NCBI GenBank assembly: GCA_951406725.2
Contig: OX597816.1
Coordinates: 32,364,001-32,428,000 of the forward strand
DNA length: 64,000 nt
Origin: Octopus vulgaris
Taxonomy: Eukaryota
Direction: 5' to 3'
A program made the position numbers and the translations under genes. The notes beneath the pieces were generated by a model. It had not been told where the DNA came from, ran no database searches, and saw only the letters and a list, made by a program, of their open reading frames with translations. Positions 40,255 to 54,716 of this stretch are shown piece by piece; the stretch's first letter is position 1; each line of letters begins with the position of its first letter.

Positions 40255-41127
40255 TATTGTCTTCCATATGTGGTGAAATAAAAGCATGCAATTCCATTGT
40301 TGTGATACATTGAATGTTATTTAAATGATATTCACATGTAGCATAATCTATTATAATCATAGTGTAGTCTGAAGATTTCTATCGATATTAAAGTACATGC
40401 TATTCAGTATTAGCCTCACTGTTTAGAATCCTTGCAAACAAAGCAGTGATTTTCAATCTATGGTAAATACATTTGATTTTGTAAAGTTTCTGGCTTCGTG
40501 TAGAAGAAATTACAGAAGGACCAATGCGCTATGGTTTTATTCAACATATTCCCCTCTTAGATTCACATAATTATTGCAACAGTCCGTCAGTTTTTTAAGC
40601 CCTCTAACAGAACACGAAATGTTGGGATTTTACGCAGGCCTTTCGCAGTACCCTTAGAGGCAGGGATTTTTCAGCATCCCCTCTTAATTAGCTTGAAGAT
40701 AAGTGATAATTTCCATACGATATTTTCCTCATTTCTATCAAGGACAGTAACATACATTAGAGTAGTTTTATTTTTCTGGGCACAGAGTTTTAAATAATTA
40801 ATAGTTATGTACTTTTGTGAGCGAGTAAATATTGTATATTTTGAAAGAAACGACAACAATCGGAAATTCTACATTTTTATGAATTTTCTATAAATATTAA
40901 TAGCGTAAACTCCATTGCGAATTGAATATAAATATGATATTTAATTTACGAGATATTTACTGATATCATATTATCTACAATGCTTACAGTAGAAAAAGGA
41001 AAATTAGTGTTAATTGTCTTGTAGGTCTGTTAAAATGCTCTGTCGTAGATGAATGTGAGTTCAATAGGAACAGAGTTATAGTGATATTGTTTGTACAGGT
41101 AGACGAAGACAACACAGAAGTTTGTTC

Positions 41128-41129
<2 letters not shown>

Positions 41130-41165
<36 letters not shown>

Positions 41166-41190
41166 AACCACATGGTTCCGGGTTCAGTGA

Positions 41191-41256
<66 letters not shown>

Positions 41257-41328
41257 ATGTTTGTGTGTCATGTACAAATATATTTATATGTGTATATAAT
41301 AATAATAATAATAATAATAGTATAATAA

Positions 41329-41380
<52 letters not shown>

Positions 41381-41418
41381 TTTATACGTATATATATATC
41401 TATATCTGTCTATCTATA

Positions 41419-41480
<62 letters not shown>
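41130..41480. repeat. (AT)n, (AAT)n and (ATT)n microsatellite cluster
   Basis: Read directly. Confidence 0.95.
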
Positions 41481-41482
<2 letters not shown>

Positions 41483-43585
41483 TGTGTTTTGTGATTTTAC
41501 CACTCACCAAAGTGAATGGTAAAAGTGAATTGGCTAGTAGGAACTGATATCATCAGACGATATCCAAATTTTATCGGGTGGTTCGACGCAGAACCGTAAC
41601 ACCCACACGTTGGTTGCTCACCGGAAGTGCCCAAGACACTGTCTGTTCCTCATCGCTTCCTAATTTCCAGCTTAACTAGTCTCTTACATCTAAGCCGACA
41701 TGATGCTCTTTCATCTGCCTCTCTCGTCCTGTGTACACCTACCCTTCTCTCCTTATCTCTCATTCAAGTTGATGTAAGCATCCCAATACTGACTGAAAGG
41801 GTATCCTCAACAGCCTTCATCGACTGGAATAAGTCATTCCTGCCAACCCTTCTCCCTGCAATCCATCAGGCCTTCAGATCTTGCACACTTTCGTTCATGG
41901 GCCTCACCACACCCAACTTCTCACGGGACTGTGATTTCATTTACGGACACCAGAGCCACATCTGGCATCAGGTATGTATGGACAACCTATGGCAACTACA
42001 ATCTCTTCCCTGATTGAAAGTGCTGTTCTACACCCAACCAAGTTGTGTGTTAGAGTGCCCCTTTCTCCCAAAAGTCTACACAGCCGGTCTTCCCTCAAAC
42101 CCCACGTATGCATGTTTGTTGGTGTCGGAAGTGTGTCATATAGCACCCGAAGCATGGGTGGGGATGCAAAAAGATTCCAGCCTCCACATGTCAGTCCATC
42201 TGAGCTTCCTCTTAAGGAGGTTTTATTTAGCCAATGCACAGTGATAGACCAGCTCCACAGTTCTTGATTTTTTTCTTTCTTCCTCCTGGTACCGCAACGC
42301 CTCTTGAGTCATAGCCCGCCTCTCTCTGATGCCTGTTTTCTTCCGTTATTGAAAAGAGGAAGAACCAAGCCGCTGGTGACCCCTGAATTTACCTCCAATG
42401 ATGTCACGTATTTTCAGCATGGCTTCTACTTCTGCTACTGTGGTGCTAGCTACCTACTGTCGCCCAGAACTTGTTTGTAATACCTGCATGTTTGAAAACT
42501 TAATCGTTTCAGTCACTGTACATTATTACAATATAACAGTTTGCTACTTTAAATTCCTCCGCTACGGATGACAGGGTAAATTGTTGCTGTCTCGATCTTA
42601 TGTAAAGACCTATTGAAGTAAAGCGTGGAGCAGCGTCTAGCCATCTTCAGAGGTATTTATTTACCTTCCTCTCCACACTTTCCACACTTCTCATTGGACT
42701 ATCACACAGAGTCAACAACCATATAAGTCTTGGGAAAATTCCTTGCTGGTAGAGCCATACCTTGTACTTTCCTGAAAACTCTGATATATCAATCCTCAAC
42801 AGCCACTCCTGTGTTGCTTCACAATATTGGTGATATTGCTTCTCTGTGATAGGGACTTTTCAAACATCTTTCCAAGGCATTTTATAGGATTTTCCTCTGC
42901 TGATGGATTGACCTCTCGTTGCACTTGCAGCCTGATTTTGTTGGTTACTCACACGCACAATCATCATGCACCTGGATGTTTTGGGCTTAAACCTCATACT
43001 TACCCACGTGCTTTGTTTCTGAGGTTATCATTGTGAGTCTCCTCAGAGATGTCTGTACCTCTTCTTTGGAGCTGGTCAATTCCCTGATTTGGTTTCCCTC
43101 AGCAGCTTTCGCGTGAACCTATAAATGGTTCATACTTTTGCACATTTTCTTCTTTCACGTGTGTTGTAGTTGTTACCGTAACATCATACATGAAACCTTT
43201 TATTGGTTGCTCACAGCTGCTTGATTCCATGTTGGTCCTTGGGCTTCTCTATCAACAGTTGATATGAAGAGATTCATATTCATGGCGAAAAGAAGTGAGG
43301 AAACCGTGTACGCAGTTATTATTCATGTCTTATGGTCTTGCTACCGAGTTGTTAAACATATTGTTCTAGCAGTTTACTGAATGTGCCACGAAACTGCTAA
43401 CTACTCCCTTAATATGCGGGGGAATATGATAGCAGTTAAGGGCTGCATACCTGAGTGCATGAGGAATTGATTCTTATGCATTTTCCAGATCCAGCCAAAC
43501 CACTGTCAACAACGCTCTGGAATGGACCTACCTGCATGGACCATTCTATATTAAGTAAATCAGTATCTTCTCTCATTAAGAACGC
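41480..43585 (-). mobile_element. Hero/NeSL-like RLE non-LTR retrotransposon, 5'-truncated and decayed
   Basis: Minus strand LTVVWLDLENA*ESIPHAL (RT), TVSSLLFAMNMNL, GFMYDVTVTTT (FMDD), LRVLYDTLPTPTNMHTWGLREDRLCRL..ERGTLTHNLVGCRTAL (CCHC knuckle). Confidence 0.85.
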
Positions 43586-43810
43586 GAGTTGGAGAATCGT
43601 TAGCACGCTGGGCAACATGCACAGCGGTATTTCGTCCGCCTTTACAATTTGTGTTCAGATTCCACGGATGTCCACGTTGCCTTTCATCATTTCGGGGTCA
43701 ATAAAGTGTCAGATGATCCCTAGTGTTGATGTAATGAACTTCCCCCCAACTGCTCCGAAATTACTGGCTTTGTGCCAAAAATTGAAACCAATATTTGCTC
43801 TCGGTATCTT
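43586..43810 (+). mobile_element. SINE family A, degenerate
   Basis: gagttggagaatcgttagcacgctgggc...gcggtatttcgtc...gcctttcatcatttcggggtc. Confidence 0.8.
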
Positions 43811-45547
43811 ATTGTTGTTGAAAGGGAGAGGATAGTGATAAAAGAAGATAATATTGATGGAAAGAGTTGTAGTCATATAGCTGGAAACAGTCCATCGCAA
43901 TTATATACAGAAAGATTACTCTATATCTATTCGTATCACAAGAGGTGTTGCTTTTTCTAGAAAATGGACCTACGTCTGTTTCAGCATTGAATATACAATT
44001 GTTCGATCAACTGAGCTATACTACCATAGAAGCATAAGTGCGTGAGGTACTAATTACATGCTTGAGGTATTAATTAAAAGAATGGATATTTAAAATAGAA
44101 AGAAAATTAGTAGGACTGGATGCTGCACTTTATTCCCATCTGCATTGGATCAAACCGAGACTATTAAACGAGCCTTTCCAAAGATGCCACGCTTCGGTTC
44201 TCAGTGTCTGAGGAGATCGTTTCCAATTACGAATGCATTATTTGACCTACTGTGTTTCTTAAATTCATGTTAAATCACTGATTTTTTTTCTTTCATTCTG
44301 CGTTCAGAAAATGTTCATAATGATGTATATACATTTGCACAGCTACTGATAATGCATACGCGTGTTTTCAATCCTCGTGAAACTGAAAGTATATATAAAT
44401 TTGAAACATTCAAGAAATATCATTGATGGCGTCATAAATACGCTGAACGTATGAATTGCGCAAGTTCAAATGACACACATGATTGAAAGCATTTTCTTGT
44501 CTAGGATTGGTCGAATATTATTAATTTTGACAAGGCAATCTCCCCAAATGCAAGATGAAATGTTGCATATTCAATATTTCAACACAACGTTCAAATGAGA
44601 TACAATGGAATTTGGTAACGTTCATAATTCCTAAAATGTTTGGTAATAGCGCACGCAAAAGGAAATTGGCTTCCATCCATAATTAAAGCAATATTACGTA
44701 TACAGGTAGCTATAAGATTAATTCCAGCAGTAAGAGGCTTACTAAACAGTAATATGCAATGTTGGTACCATCCTATTAAAAATTGTAAAGGATGTTGTGC
44801 TGCTTAGAGACTTAGAGGAAATTGAAGAGAGATGACGCGACAAGAGCGAAAGGGAGAAAATGAGAGAGGTGGAGAATAAGATAGAGGTGAAATACAGAAG
44901 TGATTCCACGCCAGACAGTAAGAGTGGGAAGAAAAAGAAAAGAAGGAATGGCATATACAAAATTTCACATAGCATAACTATGCGCGCAGATATTAATTAC
45001 ATTTCAATGATTCAAGTTTGATTTGTGACCTATAAGCATTAATGATATCAGCCGGTAGATAAATACTTGCAACTGAATATATTATTGGAGATAATTTTGT
45101 TTGGACATTAGAATAGGAACAATTATATTGCGCGTTTGATTCATAGCATCTGATGTTCGGTTGTTACCAAAGATTCATAAATATTAAATCTTAAATGTGT
45201 TTACTTTGCACAGCAAAGGTCTTCTGAAAATATGTACATAAACAGGTTCAAACACTAGGATTTCAGGCCAGCTGAACTATAGGCCCACGAGAACGATTTG
45301 GGATAAAAATACCCGTGTTCTTAAGATGTATGAGTCAAATCAGAAACTTACATATAGGGTATAAAATTGGATATTTAAAATATATGCCGTTACTATATAT
45401 AGGCATGCTAAAATACAAGACAGAAAATGCGCTCCCACAATATATCTGTAAGCGGCGAAGTATAACATTGATATTTAATGAAGAAAGAAAATGGAAGTAT
45501 TATGATAGAAATGGTAGTTACGTCAAGACTGAAGTGAGAACGGGTTG

Positions 45548-45709
45548 TCTTCTTCTTCTTCTTCTTCTTCTTCTTCTTCTTCTTCTTCTTCTTCTTCTTC
45601 TTCTTCTTCTTCTTCTTCTTCTTCTTCTTCTTCTTCTTCTTCTTCTTCTTCTTCTTCTTCTTCTTCTTCTTCTTCTTCTTCTTCTTCTTCTTCTTCTTCT
45701 TCTTCTTCT
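45548..45709. repeat. (CTT)n perfect microsatellite, about 54 units
   Basis: Read directly. Confidence 0.98.
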
Positions 45710-45989
45710 AATCGGGACTCACGCCACTAGCCACAAAGAATAATCTCTAATTCGAGCCTACACTAAGCTATCAAGAATGCGTGCGGCAACTTGAACATCC
45801 ACCCACTACACGCGATAGACTGGCGGTTGCACGGGCGCGAAAGCTACTTTGTTATCCTCATTCCGTAAACGGTGTTTTTATTAACGGGTGGAGAGCTGAC
45901 ATATTCTGGGGCACAGAGGTTTCGCAATCTAGACTATGGTCTCAGAGTTTACCACACCATAGTGGGTTACACCATGATTCCTCTGTCTG

Positions 45990-46160
45990 TAGCAGAAGTA
46001 GGAAGAAGGAGTGAGAGAAAGTTGTGGTGAAAGATTACAGCGCCCCACCCCGCTGGAGCATGTTTTGCTCAATAAACACACAATACCCGGTTTGAGAGTC
46101 GAAACCGCATTCTTACGACCGCGAGTCCACTGCCCTAACCACTGGGCCATTGCGCTTCCA
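45990..46160 (-). mobile_element. SINE family C head (tRNA-derived)
   Basis: Minus strand gcgcaatggcccagtggttagggcagtggactcgcgg...ggtttcgactctc (A and B boxes). Confidence 0.7.
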
Positions 46161-47589
46161 CGGGTTGTTGTTGAGATTGTTGAAGTCTTCGACAGTCATT
46201 AATGAGCTGGCATATGATCATCAATTTCAAGACACCAAGATATCTATATTTTTCTTGAATCACTACCAAAAATGTACCAAAGGGCTGCATCTTATGACTG
46301 ATAAACAGTAAAATTGATGTTAAAATGCTCAATATAATAAATCACGAGTTTCTTTAACTTACAGCCAGATTCCGGTTATCAAATATTGCGCAGATTGTAC
46401 TGAAGTAAAGAAGAAGAAGAAGAATCCTCACTGAATATATACTAAAATTATTAACAATTGGAATGTGCGGGTAAATGAGTTTGATGTTTAGTAGAATGTT
46501 AATTTCTCTGATGAACTCAGATAACACGAAAACCTGACCAGAGTTGTAATGTTCCATACAAAGATCCGACACATATTTTTATGAATCTATGTTAAATCTG
46601 ATACATTATTTAGAAGAATGATTATTGAAATCGTTACCGATTTTACATGTGTAGGTTTCATTTTCCATGTTACAATCTTTCATACTGTAGTGATCGGTTC
46701 TAATATCATTTGGCATAATATCTAACAGATTTCAATGTGTTTCAATTTCCACAGAATTGCTGCTCTAGATAATACAATGTTAAAATTATAGCAACGTGCT
46801 TGCTTTCCTCTTAAAATAAGAATTGTTATGAGTAGCATTTACAAAAAATATAATGCAGTTTATCTTTTTAAAATATCATATCCTAAAATTTAAGTGCAAA
46901 ATAGAAGATTTTAAAACATTTAAAATATATATTATCGATGTACATTTATCTGAATATGTATTTTACTAAAAATGCTGAGCTGTATTCAGGTTTACATATC
47001 ATTTCATATAATCTATTTGCAATATATGGTCGGTGGGTATTAAGGAATGTTATATCAATGAGGAACTGCGATGAGATACTTGCCATGACAAAACTTGTGA
47101 ATTTATATTTAAGTAGAATAAAATTAGCCTACATGCCAATGAAAGACGAAAGAGAGTAATAGAAGAAGAAGAAGAGAGAGAGAAAGAGAGAGAGAGAGAG
47201 GGAGAGAGACAGTGAGGGAATCACAGTCATAAAAGAAAGAATCGGCGGAGTAGGTATTAAAGATGTATATGTGTATACACATTCAGGCATTTAGAATTTA
47301 CAAACATTCACATATAAATATGTATGTATGTAAGTATGTTTGTATGTATGTAAGTATGTATGTAGATATGTATGTATAAATAAAATTGTGTGCAGATGAG
47401 TTTTGCACACGTAATAGCACACACATAAGCAGATTCGGCATATGTATTCCTATATAATATATGCAAATATACAAAAACGTATAATCAAAAGTTATGCAGA
47501 ATCACGTGTATCTACTATACATTACTATGTGCGTGCGCGTGTCTATGTTGTGTTACGGTGCATATACACATATACACACACGTCTACCT

Positions 47590-50360
<2,771 letters not shown>

Positions 50361-51484
50361 ATGCACATACAAATGTGAGTATGTATTCGTATACATGTAT
50401 TTGAGTGTGCCCGTAATCATACATGTATACTTTTTAATTTCCGCAACGTAAACCTCTCTGGTGTAACCACGCTTTAAATGCAGTGACTCGGAAAATTGCC
50501 ATTGGCTTTGAATATACTTACAATTTCAATTGCTCCCTCCTCCCAACCGCTAATTTATCAATTGCAAATGCCGAAGAATCAAGTTAGGATAATTGGTTGG
50601 TAGGTGGTCATCCAAAATGCGACGATATTGCAAGCATGTCGCGACGTTATTTTGTATTTTTAATCAGTCTTATTATAAAATATGTTTCAAATTGGAACAT
50701 GCACCTTTGTCAAATGTTATCATACACGAACCCCTATTTCCGTTTCTAACTATTCCCCGATCTGTCTATACATCTTTAGAAAAGCGAGTCCCTCATATGT
50801 AAATTTATCAGTTGTTTTCTTTCCAGAAAATTAATAATGCAGGTTCTATTTTTGATCCTTTTTTTTAATTATATCTAATTTTATTTTTCTACTTAAATCA
50901 GACCTCCAGAAATATTTTGCCTAACATTTGTTAGCGACTCTCTGTTAACAGAAAATATTTCTTTATTATTTTTAGAAACATATGTAAACAATCTTATAAG
51001 TCTCTAGTTTGTATGCACACCGGTCCCTTGCGGAAACCTACAATCACTTCCAAATACATATCTCCATGAGAAAGGATCAGTAAATATAATTAATTCCTCA
51101 ACGCGCATAGAAGAAACACAAAACTACAAAAAAGACCACCATTCCTGTTACCGCATTGCTGAATTCTTCCAACAACATTAAGAGACACAAAGTTCACTCA
51201 CATTTACACATATAAACAGCCAACCCCACACAAATATCACACACACAACACACACATATGCACACAAACAAACACACATGTTATTATACACACACTCATA
51301 GACTTTACTCATGCTCATACCACACATTCACGCAGAAACGTTTTTCTTTTATACTCTCCTGTCTTGGAAAGAATTTCTTTCTTCACTCATCCCCTTCCGG
51401 TCATTTCAAAATGTAACCACATGGGGATCGTTGACGATCTTTTCCCTCTATCTTCCTTTTCTCTTGGACTTTCCTCGCTGACCT

Positions 51485-51519
51485 GTTTCTGACGAAGATC
51501 TTTGCTCGAAACATAAAAC
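51485..51519 (+). ncRNA. Minimal hammerhead motif, copy 1 (stem mutations)
   Basis: GUUU-CUGACGA-A-GAUC uuu GCUC-GAAA-CA-UA-AAAC. Confidence 0.65.
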
Positions 51520-52290
51520 TATTTATCTTTTCTTCCCTGAGCGTCTGTTAATTCTTTCATGTATCACATCCTCGCGTCGTTGTTTTTCTCGTGATTTCCT
51601 TTCTCTGTTTTTATCAAATGTATTTACCGCACGCTCACACGGACCTCGGCAGTTCCTAATTCGCGGAATTCTTTCTACCGTCGGATTACATTAAATTGTT
51701 CATTCGGAATACGCTATTTGTGCATCTTGATTGTTAATCTTTATAATTTGTCGGTGATTCGTTTTCTTTAAATTGTTTTCCCTCGACCTAAGTACTGTTC
51801 TAATTCCACTTTCTTCCTTTTTCTTCTTTCTCTTCGTATTTTCTTGCACTCAGCAACAACTACACCGACATTCACACCGTCTCACCATGCCTGACCTACA
51901 TTACTTGCTCCACCATCTCCACTCTCTTCTGTCCTGTTTTCTTTCCCACTTTCCCACTCAATACCTGCAACCCGTAAGAAAAAACTCGCTTGCTTTCTAA
52001 ACAAAACTCGACACTCTACACATCTCTCATACCTCCGGCGTCACATCTCACCTGTGGCTTTAGTTTGAAGTTCTACGCTACCACCTATTCCTCTCCCTCA
52101 ATCGAGCTCACCCTCACCCGCACTTCATGCCCGCCTCATGAGCACCAACGTCCGTTTTACCCGCTCTCTCCTTCATTCTTTGACCACCAATACCCACCAG
52201 CTCACCTACTTTCCTCCCTCTGCACCATCCACACACCCACACGCCCCACCCGGACATTCCCACCCCTAAGCCGACCCACCAGTTTCTCCT

Positions 52291-52325
52291 GTTTCTAACG
52301 AAGAGCTTTGCTCGAAACGTAAAAC
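52291..52325 (+). ncRNA. Minimal hammerhead motif, copy 2 (core mutation)
   Basis: GUUU-CUAACGA-A-GAGC uuu GCUC-GAAA-CG-UA-AAAC. Confidence 0.65.
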
Positions 52326-52405
52326 TACTTTTCTTTGGTTCCCTGAGCGCCTGCTAATACATTGCATGTACCATATATGTGTGCGTAAGTGTATAAATGT
52401 GTATG

Positions 52406-52497
<92 letters not shown>

Positions 52498-53730
52498 CAG
52501 AGATATGCAGAGACAATGACACTTGCAAATCTCACTCCAAAATTGGTTATTCTCCGGATTATATCAATTCCATTACATCTCTTGAAAATCGGGTTCAAGG
52601 AATTGTTTTGCAAATGGAAATGCGGCAGAACGTTTCTTGAGACAAATCGTTTCAAGTATTTTGCTGATCCTAAATATATTCAGCATCCCCTCTTAACGTG
52701 TATGACACGGCTATCAGAGAATCTCTATTAGTGGCAAAATAAATATCCAGATGGGTGACTATATTTTCACCATCGTCGACTTCGGACGAAGTTCTTCAAC
52801 ATGAAATGCTTTTCCAGATGTTTGGTTCCTTGGTGCTCATCTTCACTGAAAGTTTCTCTTCTGCTGCAATAATCTTTCGTCTCGCAATTGGCATGTATTA
52901 TGATGAAATCATGCACTGACACAAATCGAGACCAAACTAGAACCCGAATAATCCAGAAATCTCTATTAATGAGAAAGCGATAAAATCGATGTATATCTTA
53001 CATACAATGACATTAACTATGGGAAACACTGTCACTTACAGAATTGCGAATACCATGTGCTGTTTCTGGCAGATAGATACATCTTCACCTGCATTTCTCT
53101 CCATACAACATATAACTAAGTAATACCATATTCAATTTTGTGAGTCAAAAAGCATGAGCTATATACCAAAATCCACTAAAATTCGAAACAAACTGTCGTA
53201 AGCCATTTTACACACTAGAGTAATTATATCTAACAGCCGTATAAGTATTAGGCAGGCATTAATACCTAGACTCAAATGTCCATGGTATACTCATGTAGCT
53301 AAGATATAAAGTGAATCCATTCACAAAATTTGGGACTGATTTCTACCAATAAACTTTCCGTTAGAGCACCAATAAAGCGATATAAAGGTTAACTGAAGTT
53401 AAATCGGAAGATGTGTTATATGAACAAAGCAGTAAGTTCTTTCAACGACACAGTACTAACTGGTGAGCTCAGTGCGTGCATGCTACTGAACTCTTTCAGC
53501 TTATTGGGTTAGAAGGGCTTGCAGAGAAATAAAGAAGAATGAATACACAGAATCGCCTGAATTAATTACATTTCGTAAGTGCGTTTACATTTTCGTTACA
53601 ATTTCTCAGTCTGTACTTACTAATTTAATATATGTTTAATATTTCCAGGATATTCTTGACCAAATATTGAAATCTCTCAGCAACAAACACTGTCAAAAAT
53701 ACACCGCGCGCGCGCACACACACACACACG

Positions 53731-53762
<32 letters not shown>

Positions 53763-54415
53763 CACAAACACATACATAGAGTCAAACACACGCACACAGA
53801 GTCAAACACATATATATGAATAAATATGTGTATATTTGTATACATATACATGCATACAAACATATGCAAATATTATTGCTATATTTTAAAGTTTGTATTA
53901 TATTTATACGATTGATACTATATATTTTTAAAATTTCTATACATATATACGCGAGTGAATGTACATCTTTCTAAGTTTATGTAATAAGAAAAACGCCATA
54001 TAATTTTATCTGAATAAAAGCGCTCTAGTGAACTATTTCACCACTCGACTGGTCGGCAGAAGTTTCGGTTCCACTCCTTCAAATTCTAAAGTTAGACCTT
54101 AAGAATACTATAATTTCTTCTCTAATACAATAATTGGCCTTTTTTCCCTCCCGTCCAGGATAATCCGTTACATTTTCTGCTATGTCCTATCGACCTATTT
54201 TATATATTCTGGAATTCATATTGATTTTCATTTCACTATCTCATAACCCATACATAATTGTATGTATCAGTATATACCTATGTATTTATACAGACAATCA
54301 CACATTGCGTATATATACGTAAATAGGTGTATATAGGTATGAATATGTAGTAATGAAGTGATGCATTCATACATACATACACACACACATACACACATAT
54401 ATATATATATGTATG

Positions 54416-54470
<55 letters not shown>

Positions 54471-54663
54471 GAGAGAGAGAGAGAGAGAGATACATATGCA
54501 TATATATACACATATATTTATATATGTAGGTATGTATGTATATAGTTAGATAGATAAACAGAGATAGAGAGAGAGAGAGATAAGCGTTTCTTTACGTGTA
54601 GGTCATTGTGTATATGCGAGTGTGTATTTGTGCAAATGTATGAGTATTAGTATGTATATATGA

Positions 54664-54716
<53 letters not shown>

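Larger units (their letters stand above)
51482..52378 (+). mobile_element. pLTR-like ~90-bp direct repeats bearing hammerhead motifs (PLE-related)
   Basis: 51482-51570 aligns with 52288-52378; period 806 bp. Confidence 0.7.

Noticed and set aside
41535-41570. Minus-strand CTGATGA in the Hero-like 3' UTR as a ribozyme
   Set aside because: No downstream stem II-GAAA-UH arrangement.
46070-46160. tRNA gene
   Set aside because: A/B boxes are present but the cloverleaf and acceptor stem are incomplete, and it continues into a SINE body; the same applies to the other SINE heads.
52520-52900. Possible minus-strand mariner remnant (EDE..G, YNPE-like bits)
   Set aside because: Similarity is too fragmentary to call by eye.
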